From an uncultured Acidobacteriaceae bacterium (lineage in GTDB: Bacteria; Acidobacteriota; Terriglobia; Terriglobales; Acidobacteriaceae), in the NCBI GenBank assembly GCA_964245195.1, contig CAXTLR010000014.1:14283-78282 (forward strand): a DNA stretch of 64,000 bases, in the 5' to 3' direction. Of this stretch, positions 47,751-57,346 are shown piece after piece (position 1 is the first letter of the stretch; each line of letters begins with the position of its first letter). A program made the position numbers and the translations under genes. The notes beneath the pieces are model-generated. The model did not search any database. It was not told where the DNA came from and worked only from the letters and a program-made list of their open reading frames with translations.

Positions 47751-49961
47751 TCAGGGTGCCGGAGCGACTGCTGGCGTTTTAGCCTCGGCAGGAGCAACAG
47801 CGGGCGCAGAGCCGGCCGGCCTGGTAATGCGCAACGCCATGCGAGGAAAGTTAAAGCTGCCTCCCGCGTCGTCAATTACGTTCACCTGGCAGACATAGTC
47901 GCCCGGCTGCAGTGGCGCAAGGGGGACATCGAACTGAAAGGCAACGGCACCGCGGTCCGGACTGTTGATCGTGTTAGCCTCGACCAGCGGCGTCTCATAG
48001 ACCTTCGTTCCGCCGAGCAGAAATTCAATGCTGGTCAGCACATGCACGCCGCTTAGGGGCGGACGCCGCGTCAGGCCCGCGCCGGTGTCGGGTGGCGGTG
48101 CTTCGCTCTTCTGGTGCGCCGGATCGTAGACCTCGTAGAGAAAGTAGAGGTGCTGGTCTTGCCGGAAGACATGCGGGATGTTCGGAATCCATTCCAGGCC
48201 ATCGCGCACCAGCGGATTGGCCGTTTTCTGCGCATCCGGCACGCGCTGGCTAGCCAGTACCACTGAGCTCAGCTTCAGCGGCGCTTTCTTGAGATCGGGG
48301 ACATTCAAGTCGGTCTCGAAACTTCCCATTTGACCCGTTTGGTTCTCGCGCACGACGAACTTCAGGCTGTACTTGCCCGAAGCTAGATTGAATCCGGTCG
48401 AGTACTGAACGTTCTTCTCCTTCACCTGCTGGGCCGCGTCGACCGCCAGCTTTACGGTCTCGCGCACGTCACCAACCTTGATTCCTTGCGCGTTCTTCAC
48501 CTGGCCGATGATGTCCAGCGTGGCCTTGTCGCGGTCGCCATTCTTCAGAAAGGGAATCTGCGAGCCGGGAACGATCAGGCTTACCGGCACAAAGAAGTGC
48601 CCCTCGCCCGTGCGGAAGTAGAGGGCCTGCAGGTAGAGCGTCACGTCGGTCGCGGGCAGGTCGCTGCGCAGTTGCTCGCTCAGCGCCAGTTCGCGGTCTT
48701 CGCTCTTGGCGTGCTGGAAGTCCGCCGGGGCGTAGTATCCGGGGCGATACTGGACGACCACGTCCGGACGGTTGACCTTGATCGTCAGGTGGCGAAAGCC
48801 GCCGTCGCGCGCCTGGTTAGTCGATTTGAAACCGAGAATGTAGTACGCCTCCGTATCGTGCTGCACCTGCTGGAACGCCGGGCCGAAGTCATTCGAATCG
48901 AAGAACGCCTTGCCTCCCGTGTCCGCGCTCAAGGTGCCGAGCGTCTCCTGCGAGGCGAAGTTCGCGTTGAACGCGGCAGTGACCGCACTGCCACTGTAAG
49001 CGGAGTTGCCGCGCAGACTGCCATGGCTTGCATCGCCGCCCGGCACCACCGCCTGCAGTCCACGCGTATCAACCGAGTAGATGGCCATATTCGCCTTGGC
49101 GGCCGCGTTGGTTGCGGCCCGCAGGCTGGCTTGGTTCTCAATCCCGTTGCGCGTAAGTCCGCCGGAAAAATACAGCATCGACTTCTTCTGGTCCACTCGC
49201 TCCAGACTCCTGGCTATCGTGCGGATCGCCAGCAGCTCCCGGTCCGTGTTCAGGCTGTTGTACTCCGTATCGTCCGCGGCAAACTGGCTCGTATCATCGC
49301 TCGTCGCGTCGGTCGAGCCCGTTGTGCCGTTGGCAAATCCGGTCGTGTCCGTGCCGTTGTACTTCGCCAGCCCGTGCAGCAGCGCGTCTTTGTCAGAGGT
49401 AAAATCCTGGTCCATCGTCAGACCGGTCGACATGCTCACCAACGCCACCAGGTCCGCCGGAGCCATCTTGTTCTTCACGTAATCGGTCGCGGCATCGACG
49501 GCGCGATCGATGTCCTCATCCTGCATCGAGCTAAGATCGAAGAACACCACAATTAACCGGTGATCCCGCAGCTGCTGCGGAGAGGCCGCCAGGTTGTGTT
49601 CGAGCAGTTCGGCGATCGTGGCCTTGCCCTGGACTGTGTTCTTTTCCCGCAAGGCCACGGCCTGGTCGACGCTTTGGTAATCGAAGCTGCGCACCGTCTG
49701 CGGCTTCTTGTCTTCCAGAATATGGAAGTCGCTGGCCTTGAGTCTCTTCACCAGCTCACCCGTCTTCTTATCGCGCACCACGACGTTGGTCAGGACGAGA
49801 TTGGTATTTACACTCAGCGTGAAGGTGGGGCCGCTTGCCTGGCCACCGCTCTGGCCACCACTCTGGGCAGCCGTTTGCGATTGCGGCTCCTGCGCCGGCG
49901 CACAGAGGGGTCTCTGCAGTACGAGAAGTCCGATTGTGAGTGCTGCCACCAGTTGCCGCAT
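47751..49961 (-). CDS. VWFA-related (acidobacterial type) exported protein with C-terminal beta-sandwich domains
   Basis: TFTLSVNTNLV, DFHILED, VVFFDLSSM, KSMLYFSGG, LSADTGG, YYILGF and YRPGYYAP. Confidence 0.88.
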   Translation of the reverse strand: MRQLVAALTIGLLVLQRPLCAPAQEPQSQTAAQSGGQSGGQASGPTFTLSVNTNLVLTNVVVRDKKTGELVKRLKASDFHILEDKKPQTVRSFDYQSVDQAVALREKNTVQGKATIAELLEHNLAASPQQLRDHRLIVVFFDLSSMQDEDIDRAVDAATDYVKNKMAPADLVALVSMSTGLTMDQDFTSDKDALLHGLAKYNGTDTTGFANGTTGSTDATSDDTSQFAADDTEYNSLNTDRELLAIRTIARSLERVDQKKSMLYFSGGLTRNGIENQASLRAATNAAAKANMAIYSVDTRGLQAVVPGGDASHGSLRGNSAYSGSAVTAAFNANFASQETLGTLSADTGGKAFFDSNDFGPAFQQVQHDTEAYYILGFKSTNQARDGGFRHLTIKVNRPDVVVQYRPGYYAPADFQHAKSEDRELALSEQLRSDLPATDVTLYLQALYFRTGEGHFFVPVSLIVPGSQIPFLKNGDRDKATLDIIGQVKNAQGIKVGDVRETVKLAVDAAQQVKEKNVQYSTGFNLASGKYSLKFVVRENQTGQMGSFETDLNVPDLKKAPLKLSSVVLASQRVPDAQKTANPLVRDGLEWIPNIPHVFRQDQHLYFLYEVYDPAHQKSEAPPPDTGAGLTRRPPLSGVHVLTSIEFLLGGTKVYETPLVEANTINSPDRGAVAFQFDVPLAPLQPGDYVCQVNVIDDAGGSFNFPRMALRITRPAGSAPAVAPAEAKTPAVAPAP

Positions 49962-49986
49962 ACTGCCTGCCCTTCTTCTGTTGCTC

Positions 49987-52900
49987 CTAAAATCTGTATC
50001 GCGCCTGAACCTGCAGGGAACGCATCGCCGCCGCGCTGGTGACCTGACCGAAGTTGGCCGAGTTCTCCGTTACGTTGATGCCGTTGTATTGAACAGTGTT
50101 GAAGACGTTGGTAGCCGTCACTCGCGCCTCAAACGAGTTTGTCCCGCCAAGCTGAAAGGTTCGCGAGAGCGCGGCGTTGGTCGCGACTGTTCCCGGTCCC
50201 TCGATGGAGCCCTGTGACGCCGTGCCGTACTGCCCTGAGGCGGGCAAGGTAAACGCACTTGTATTGAAAAAACCTTTCAGCTGCCCCGCGCCCTTGATTG
50301 CCGTTCCGGCCACACGGTTCGGCCTCTGATTGAAGGTGTTGGCTGCCGAGGCCTCCGCCTGATTGCCGGAGTACTGCGGCGTGAAGTAGGTTCCCGTTGC
50401 GAAGGTGAACGTACCGCTCAACGAGAAGCCGTCGAGCGCCTTCGCCATCAAGCCCCCTTTACTGAGGAACTCGCGGTTGGGCCCGAACGGCAGCTCCAAA
50501 ACCCAGTTGCCGGTGAGGTTATGGCGCTGGTCGAAGGTGGAGTTGCCCTCTTCAAGATCCGGCCGGTAGAAGTTCTGGATCGGCGTGCCTATCGCGCCGG
50601 CGACTCCGGAGGCGTTGTCGATGGTATGCGAGTAAACATACGTGAAGCCTACCGCGATGCCCTTCTGCTGCCGCTTCTGCGCGCTCAGCACAAGCTGGTT
50701 CGAGTGCGAGCCTGCGATCGATCGCTCATAGTCGAAAGGCGCAATGCCCGGAGTCGTCGTGCCCGCGGGTGTGCCGTTCGGCGAGCCGACCAGGTCGAGG
50801 TCGCTTCCCTTCGAGCCGTTATAACCCACGTTCAGCACGATCCCGAGCGGGATTGTTTTCTGCACGTTGAGGTTGTAGATCTGCACCATGCCGAGCCGGT
50901 AGTTTGGATCGACGGCCCAGTTATTGGTGATCTGCTGCGCGGTCGAGCAGCCAAATCCGTTGCTGAGCGTCAGATTTGCCGTCGTGGCCGGACGGACCGC
51001 GGAGGCTCCCGACGATGTCATATAAGGATAGGGTGCCTGCGTCGTCGTGCAACCGGTTGCGGCGGGCGCCGGGTTGGCGCTGGTGGGAGTCGCCGCAACG
51101 TTATTCTGCGTTACGGCGAACGGCACCTGATGCGAAAGCAGCTCCGCAAACGTGCGGTACTGGCCCGTGTTGAAGTTGAGGCCGTAGCCCGCGCGCACCA
51201 CGACGTTCTTCGTTCCCGCAAACCTAGGCGACCAGGCCCCGCCAAAGCGCGGCTCGAACATGGTGCGGTCCGGACGGATCAGGCTGGTTGGAAATTGGCC
51301 GCCGTAGGCTCCCGTGCCGCCCGGAAAAACAGTCTGCACCGCGGTATAGCTGGCATTGTGATCCAGGTTCACCAGCCGGTTGTTCTTCTCGGTGTATGGA
51401 CCGAAGTACTCGTAGCGGAGCCCGTAGTTCAGCGTCACGTTCGACTTGACGCGGAAGTCGTCGGTCACGTACCAGTCGTAGACATTCTCGCGCAGGTAGG
51501 TTTTGTAGATACCCGCCTGAATGCTGGTGCTCTCCGGCAGCCCCAGCAGGAAGTCGGCGAATCCCGACCCGCTGGCCGCAGTTGATCCGCTCAACCCGGC
51601 GACCTGGTAGGCGGGACTGGCCGTAGCATAGCCTGTAAAGGTAAAGGAGCCGAGCGGATTGTTGCCGCCGACAGAGTCCGCGTGCACGCGGCGAATATCC
51701 AGACCCAGGCGGAAGTTATGCCGCTTGTGCCGCCAGGCCACGAAGTCCGAAAAGCTGATCGTCTGGCTGATCGATTGCACGGGCGTGGTGTTCGAAAGTC
51801 CCGCGAAGTTAGTAATGTTCAGGGACGGCACGCCGTTATAGAAGTGCGGGTTGGCAAAGGATTGCGCCTGGTTCGGGATGTTCAAATTCGCCGTCTGGGT
51901 GGGGTTCGTGGCACTGTCGGTGAAGTAGTTCTGGGTCTCGGACGAGCTGCGGTTCCAATTGACCGAAGCGTTGTTGGAAAGCCTTCCGTAACTGACGACG
52001 TACCCTAGATTGAGCGCGTTTCCGTCGCTCGCCGTCGTCCCGCCAAGCGGCAGGAAGATGTTGCGATCATCGTTCGCGTTATGCGAGTAGTTGAAGGATG
52101 CATTGATGTTCTGTCGCAGCACCGGTGGCGCATTGGCGTTCCTGCCGCCGCCTCCACCACCGCGACCACCTCCACCGCCAAAGCCGCCGAAGGGACCGCC
52201 GCCAGTTTGCTGCCCGAGCTGTCGCTGATACCGCGTATTGATGGCGACGTTGTTCGCACCCGCATTCGAGATCGTCTGGTAGTTGAAGACGGTCGGGTCG
52301 TTCGACCCGCAGTTAATGTTGCACTGCGGATAGTAGCTCAGCAGGGCCAGAGCCTGCGGCGAGATGCCGACCGTGCTGTTTCGCAGATTGTTGCCCGGAA
52401 TCGGCAACCCGGTTGCGGGATCGAAGAGCGCAACCGGCGACAATCCCCCGCTGACCCTCTGGAACGACTGCGAGAAGTCGCCCGTGCGCTCAAGGACGGT
52501 GGGAACGCGTACCGGGTTTGGCAGGAACGGGTTGAGATTCTTCTGTCCGGTTAAGTTGATGAAAACAAACTGCCGCGTATCCGGCTTCGTCAAGCCCGGC
52601 AAATATGGGGACCCGGCTATGCTCGCACCAAACCGGTTCGAGTACGCCGACGGATTGATCACGGGTTCCAGGGTGGGCGACCACGGCGCCGAGTTCAGCG
52701 CGTTGTTCCCGCCCTGATAGAAGACGCTGCCGTGAGGCTGGGCCGGGTTAAAGTTGCGAAACGCTCCGCCGCCTCCTCCTCCGCCGCCGCGCCCTCCGCG
52801 TCCTCCACCACCTCTGCCGCCGGGTCCACCCGGAGGCGGACCGCTCAACATGCCACCCAGCATGCCGACGACCGCCTGGATCTGGTCGTTGGTTGCGCCG

Positions 52901-53652
52901 CCCTGCTGCCGCGTGTTGTTGAGCGCGTCCTGGATGCGATTGCGGATTTCGTCCTCGCTGAAACCGGCCAGGCCGTTGGTGCTGCCGGTGACGCCGGTTA
53001 CCGTCACGGAGTCAGCTGAGGCAGTCGCATCGCCCCCGGCAAGCCCAGCCAGCGAGGGAACGCCGGCCGCCGCTGCTGCACCACTGGCCGTCGCTGCTTC
53101 CACGCCCGTCGTGTCGCCCTGCATGTCCAGCGTCATGGTCGACCTCTGGCCGCCAGTGCCCAGGGTGCGCGTGCGCTGAGTGGCCGCTACCTGCGCCTGC
53201 GCCGCACGAGAGGCAAGCTCCAGCTTGAACTCCGCGACCTGGTTGGCGGCCTCCGCCGTGATCCGCACCTCGTTCGTGACTGGAGCAAAGGCCGCGAACT
53301 CCGCCCGAACCACGTAGCGACCGGCCCGGGGAATGGTCATCGCATACGTGCCGTCGACACCGGTGGAGGTTGCATATCGCTTGCCGGTCAACGTGTTAGT
53401 CGCCGTGATCGCGACGCCCGGCAAGGGACTCGTCCCGGTTCTGACCGATCCATGGATTGTGCCTCCGGTGGCGGTTACGCTCGCCGCAGGGCCAACTGCC
53501 TGGGGCGGAGCGGCCTCGGCCGGCGAAGGACTCGAAGCCGGTTGAGGCGCCTGCGCTCGCACGCATCCCGGAACCAGCAGGGCGGTGCCGAGAAGCGCCA
53601 AGCCCGCATACTTACCGTTGCGAAGTTGCGTGGACGGCCGCCGTGCTCTCAT
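49987..53652 (-). CDS. Oar-like TonB-dependent-receptor-type outer-membrane beta-barrel with carboxypeptidase-regulatory-like N-domain
   Basis: N-domain IHGSV...TGVDGTY, barrel motifs (NYGLRYEY, PRFGGAWSP, FDQRHNL, NVFNTVQY) and terminal Phe (QARYRF). Confidence 0.85.
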   Translation of the reverse strand: MRARRPSTQLRNGKYAGLALLGTALLVPGCVRAQAPQPASSPSPAEAAPPQAVGPAASVTATGGTIHGSVRTGTSPLPGVAITATNTLTGKRYATSTGVDGTYAMTIPRAGRYVVRAEFAAFAPVTNEVRITAEAANQVAEFKLELASRAAQAQVAATQRTRTLGTGGQRSTMTLDMQGDTTGVEAATASGAAAAAGVPSLAGLAGGDATASADSVTVTGVTGSTNGLAGFSEDEIRNRIQDALNNTRQQGGATNDQIQAVVGMLGGMLSGPPPGGPGGRGGGGRGGRGGGGGGGGAFRNFNPAQPHGSVFYQGGNNALNSAPWSPTLEPVINPSAYSNRFGASIAGSPYLPGLTKPDTRQFVFINLTGQKNLNPFLPNPVRVPTVLERTGDFSQSFQRVSGGLSPVALFDPATGLPIPGNNLRNSTVGISPQALALLSYYPQCNINCGSNDPTVFNYQTISNAGANNVAINTRYQRQLGQQTGGGPFGGFGGGGGRGGGGGGRNANAPPVLRQNINASFNYSHNANDDRNIFLPLGGTTASDGNALNLGYVVSYGRLSNNASVNWNRSSSETQNYFTDSATNPTQTANLNIPNQAQSFANPHFYNGVPSLNITNFAGLSNTTPVQSISQTISFSDFVAWRHKRHNFRLGLDIRRVHADSVGGNNPLGSFTFTGYATASPAYQVAGLSGSTAASGSGFADFLLGLPESTSIQAGIYKTYLRENVYDWYVTDDFRVKSNVTLNYGLRYEYFGPYTEKNNRLVNLDHNASYTAVQTVFPGGTGAYGGQFPTSLIRPDRTMFEPRFGGAWSPRFAGTKNVVVRAGYGLNFNTGQYRTFAELLSHQVPFAVTQNNVAATPTSANPAPAATGCTTTQAPYPYMTSSGASAVRPATTANLTLSNGFGCSTAQQITNNWAVDPNYRLGMVQIYNLNVQKTIPLGIVLNVGYNGSKGSDLDLVGSPNGTPAGTTTPGIAPFDYERSIAGSHSNQLVLSAQKRQQKGIAVGFTYVYSHTIDNASGVAGAIGTPIQNFYRPDLEEGNSTFDQRHNLTGNWVLELPFGPNREFLSKGGLMAKALDGFSLSGTFTFATGTYFTPQYSGNQAEASAANTFNQRPNRVAGTAIKGAGQLKGFFNTSAFTLPASGQYGTASQGSIEGPGTVATNAALSRTFQLGGTNSFEARVTATNVFNTVQYNGINVTENSANFGQVTSAAAMRSLQVQARYRF

Positions 53653-54443
53653 CGAAGTTTTGGCTCTCCTGTCGTTCCCGGAGCGGCGGTGGAACTTCCC
53701 GCGGCGTTGCCCTGGCGTCTCCGGCCGCGGGACGACGCTTCGCCGATGCCTAGGGTCGTCGGCACGAACACACCCTTCTTGAGGGTTCCTGGACCCGCCA
53801 CCAGGGAGCCCACCTTGACATCCAGCAGCGTGACGCTTTCTCCGGCGTCCTGCGAGGCTCCCCCGCCAGTACGGCCGCTCTCCTGCGCTCCGCCAACGCC
53901 GCTCATCGCCATCTGCATGCTGCGTCCTCCTCGCCGAAAGGACGTGTCCTCATCGACCGAGATTACCTGGCTGACCTGGTCCGGCCGCAGAACTGTGATC
54001 CTCGTCTCCTCGATCGCCGTCACGGTCCCGCTGATCCAGGTCTTGCCCAGGGCCTCGCGAGCCTTCTTAATCTGCTCGGCATCCACCACCATAAGGTAGA
54101 GGGCGTGAACGGTCTTGTTCGGCGCATCCAGCTCACCCATCGCCCCGATGCCGTCGCCGGGATGCACCTCGGTCAGCCGAACCGGCTCGCGATTCTTCAA
54201 AACCCGTGTGTTGGCCGAGACAGCTACCTGGTACAGTTCACCACGCTCGGTCTTCATCGTCAGGTGGTCCGCAGCTACGGCGGTGACTGTCCCTTGCACG
54301 CCCCGGCCACCGCCCATGGCAACCGCCGGTTCACCCCCGCCATCGAATTGCGCCATAGCTGGCCCAGGCAATACGATCACCGCAAGAAGCGAAAGGAAGG
54401 CCGCTCCAGAACGCCGCGCCATCAGGAACAATCCCATGCTCAT
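53649..54443 (-). CDS. Exported protein with two DUF5666-like OB-fold repeats
   Basis: Signal peptide and repeats GTVTAV...VHPGD and GTVTAI...VKVGS. Its stop overlaps the receptor start. Confidence 0.75.
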   Translation of the reverse strand: MSMGLFLMARRSGAAFLSLLAVIVLPGPAMAQFDGGGEPAVAMGGGRGVQGTVTAVAADHLTMKTERGELYQVAVSANTRVLKNREPVRLTEVHPGDGIGAMGELDAPNKTVHALYLMVVDAEQIKKAREALGKTWISGTVTAIEETRITVLRPDQVSQVISVDEDTSFRRGGRSMQMAMSGVGGAQESGRTGGGASQDAGESVTLLDVKVGSLVAGPGTLKKGVFVPTTLGIGEASSRGRRRQGNAAGSSTAAPGTTGEPKLR

Positions 54444-54623
54444 CGAGTGACCGCCTGTCGATAAAGACGGTTAGTCTGGCGGAAAGACTCCATTGCGGAT
54501 GGATTTGCGTGCGCTTGCGGCGCCTGGCGTTTGCCCGTCGAGCGGAACGGAAACCTAATCTGGAGCACCCCGGCCGCCCGGCGAGCATCCAATTGTTCGA
54601 TCTTTCGACAAGGACGATACGCA

Positions 54624-55991
54624 ATGCTCACGCAAACCGCCCCTGCTCCCTCCTGCGGCTCCTCTGCCCTGCTCGCCCGATTTCGCGAGGTCCGCGAGGC
54701 AACGCTGGCCTTTACCGCGCCACTCTCGCCCGAGGACATGATGGTGCAGTCCTGTGCGGAAGCAAGCCCCGTCAAGTGGCACCTGGCGCACACTTCGTGG
54801 TTCTTCGAAACTTTTGTTCTTGCGCCGTTCGCCTCGGGGTACAAAGTCTTCCATCCTGACTTCCCCTGGCTCTTCAACTCCTACTACACGTCGCTCGGCG
54901 ACATGCCTGCTAAAAACCTGCGGTCTTCCTTTTCGCGGCCGCCACTCGACGCCATTCTGGCGTACCGCCGACATGTGGACGCGGCCATCCTCTCGTTGCT
55001 GGAGAGCGATCTCGAGAACCAAGGGGATGAGGTTTTTCGCCGCGTGGTGCTCGGGCTTGAACACGAGCAGCAGCACCTTGAGCTCATTGCGACCGACTTC
55101 AAACACGCACTGTTCACCAACCCGTTGCAACCGGCTTACTGTACTGCACCAGGCGTGAGTGCTTCTGCCCCCGACGCGGCGAAGGGAACGACGTCTTCGG
55201 CTGCCTTCCTCTCCTTTCCCGGTGGGCTCACCCAGATCGGTGTTTCTCCCGACCCTTCCGATCCGGAGGCTTTTGCTTTCGACAACGAGACGCCTCGTCA
55301 CACAGTCTTCCTGCATCCGTTCCGGGTGGCCAACCGGCTGGTGACGGCGCGCGAGTACCTGGCCTTCATCGACGATAACGGCTATACCCGGCCCGAGCTT
55401 TGGCTTTCCGAAGGGTGGAGCACCATGCGCCAAAGCGGTTGGCAGGCGCCTCTTTACTGGCGACGGGATTCCGCGCCAGATTCTGGCTGGAGCATTTTCA
55501 CCTTGCACGGATGGCAAAGCCTGGATGCTCTCTTCGAGACTCCCGTGTGTCACCTCAGCTTTTTTGAAGCCGATGCGTTCGCACGCTGGGCGGGCTGTCG
55601 CCTGCCGACCGAGTTCGAGTGGGAGCACGCCGCAACATCGCTGGCGCCAAACTCCCGTGATGCCGGGGCGGATAACTCTGGCAACATGCTCGAGTCCGGC
55701 AACCTGCATCCCACCTCCGCTCCAGCTGGTTCGTCGCTCCAGCAGATCTATGGTGATGTGTGGGAGTGGACGTCCTCGGGCTACACAGGATACCCCGGAT
55801 ATCGTCCGCTGCCGGGAGCTCTGGGCGAGTACAACGGCAAGTTTATGTCTTCGCAGGTAATCCTCCGCGGGGGCTCCTGCGTAACGCCCGCCACGCACAT
55901 CCGCGCCACCTACCGCAATTTCTTTCCCGGCGCGACCCGCTGGCAGTTCTCCGGCCTGCGCCTGGCCCAGGATGACGGGCCACTTCCGTGA
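54624..55991 (+). CDS. egtB: Ergothioneine biosynthesis sulfoxide synthase EgtB (DinB-like + FGE-sulfatase domain)
   Basis: KWHLAH, FNSYY, EHEQQH, FAFDNE, LPTEFEWE, GDVWEWT, LRGGS and RWQFSGLRLA. Confidence 0.92.
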   Translation: MLTQTAPAPSCGSSALLARFREVREATLAFTAPLSPEDMMVQSCAEASPVKWHLAHTSWFFETFVLAPFASGYKVFHPDFPWLFNSYYTSLGDMPAKNLRSSFSRPPLDAILAYRRHVDAAILSLLESDLENQGDEVFRRVVLGLEHEQQHLELIATDFKHALFTNPLQPAYCTAPGVSASAPDAAKGTTSSAAFLSFPGGLTQIGVSPDPSDPEAFAFDNETPRHTVFLHPFRVANRLVTAREYLAFIDDNGYTRPELWLSEGWSTMRQSGWQAPLYWRRDSAPDSGWSIFTLHGWQSLDALFETPVCHLSFFEADAFARWAGCRLPTEFEWEHAATSLAPNSRDAGADNSGNMLESGNLHPTSAPAGSSLQQIYGDVWEWTSSGYTGYPGYRPLPGALGEYNGKFMSSQVILRGGSCVTPATHIRATYRNFFPGATRWQFSGLRLAQDDGPLP

Positions 55992-56078
55992 TTGCCGCGC
56001 CGAGCCGCCCTGTTCCTCATACGCCGTCCTTGTCTGCATCTCGGTAGACACCCAACAACACATCCTTACGGAGTATTT

Positions 56079-57056
56079 GTGTCGCAAATTGCAGAAGCAG
56101 TCGACGCCGTTGCCCATGCCGCTCGTACCGGGCTTTGCTCCAATCCAAAGACTCTGCCGCCTTGGCTCTTCTATGACGAGGCCGGCTCTCCTCTCTTTGA
56201 GCAGATCACCGAGCTGCCCGAGTACTACCTGACCCGCACCGAGCGGGCAATCCTCGCCGCCCATGCCGACGAGATCCTCGAGGCTCTCGGGGCAGAAGCG
56301 ACCTTTGTCGAACTCGGAGCCGGGACCGCGACCAAGACGGGCCTGCTGCTGGCGGCAGCGACCCGCCGGCAGGCAAGCGTCCTGTATCAGCCGATCGACG
56401 TAAGCGCCAGCGCTCTGGACGAGGCCTGCGAGCATCTCTCCGCCGGCATCTCCGGTCTGATCGTCCGTCCGCAGGTCGCCAACTACGTGACGGATTCCAT
56501 TTATATCGCGCACGAACCGCATCGCAAGGTCCTCGCTCTTTATATCGGCTCAAGCATCGGAAACTTTAGTCCCGATGAAGCGCGCGGCGTGCTCGCCAAC
56601 CTGCGATCGCAGCTTTTGCCGGGCGATCACCTATTGATCGGCACCGACCTGGCCCCGAGTCCGCAAAAGTCCGTCGCTTCGCTGATCGCCGCCTACGACG
56701 ATGCGCAAGGCATCACGGCAGCGTTCAACCGGAACATTCTTGCCCGCCTGAACCGCGAGTTGTCCGCCAACTTCCGGCTTGATCATTTTGCGCACGAAGC
56801 CCGCTGGAACGCGGCGGAGTGCCGCATGGAGATGCATCTGGTCTCAACCTGCGCTCAGACCATCTCGGTTCCCATGAGCCCGGCCGGCCCCGCGCTAACG
56901 TTGCGCTTCACGCCCGGCGAGAGCATTCACACCGAAAACAGCTATAAATTTACGCGAGAAAGCCTGTCAGCGCTTCTCTCTCCACGCTTCCGGCCTGTTC
57001 GCAGCTTCCGCGATGCGGAAGACCGCTTCGCGCTCACCCTGGCCGAGGCCGTCTGA
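56079..57056 (+). CDS. egtD: L-histidine N-alpha-methyltransferase EgtD
   Basis: KTLPPWLFYD, ITELPEYYLTRTE, VELGAG, FN.NIL and IHTENSYKF. The likely start is GTG 56079 after GGAG. Confidence 0.93.
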   Translation: MSQIAEAVDAVAHAARTGLCSNPKTLPPWLFYDEAGSPLFEQITELPEYYLTRTERAILAAHADEILEALGAEATFVELGAGTATKTGLLLAAATRRQASVLYQPIDVSASALDEACEHLSAGISGLIVRPQVANYVTDSIYIAHEPHRKVLALYIGSSIGNFSPDEARGVLANLRSQLLPGDHLLIGTDLAPSPQKSVASLIAAYDDAQGITAAFNRNILARLNRELSANFRLDHFAHEARWNAAECRMEMHLVSTCAQTISVPMSPAGPALTLRFTPGESIHTENSYKFTRESLSALLSPRFRPVRSFRDAEDRFALTLAEAV

Positions 57057-57057
57057 C

Positions 57058-57243
57058 TTACTTCTTTCGTCGGCGGAACAGGGCAAAAGTTCCAAGCCCG
57101 GAGAAGCTGAGAACCGCGACCGTGATGAGTGCGATCCCGCCGAGGATCGGGATCAAGGCAAGCGCGATTCCTGCCGAGAGCGCGTCTGCCAGCACGCGCA
57201 ACAGCGCTTCAATCAAGCCTACAAGGATGCGAATTACAACCAT
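57058..57243 (-). CDS. Possible small membrane protein (61 aa)
   Basis: MVVIRILVGLIEALL...GTFALFRRRKK is hydrophobic with a basic tail. It fills an otherwise empty gap but has no clear SD. Confidence 0.4.
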   Translation of the reverse strand: MVVIRILVGLIEALLRVLADALSAGIALALIPILGGIALITVAVLSFSGLGTFALFRRRKK

Positions 57244-57346
57244 TCTGCTGAGAATATCGGCAATGACACAGATTACGTGAGGAAGATTGAGTACGACTTT
57301 TGTGTAGGGCGGACCGGTTTTATGCCTCCAAAGTACCTTGTTTCGG

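Noticed and set aside
54555-56522. 655-aa minus-strand ORF
   Set aside because: It is antisense to egtB/egtD with no recognisable domain.
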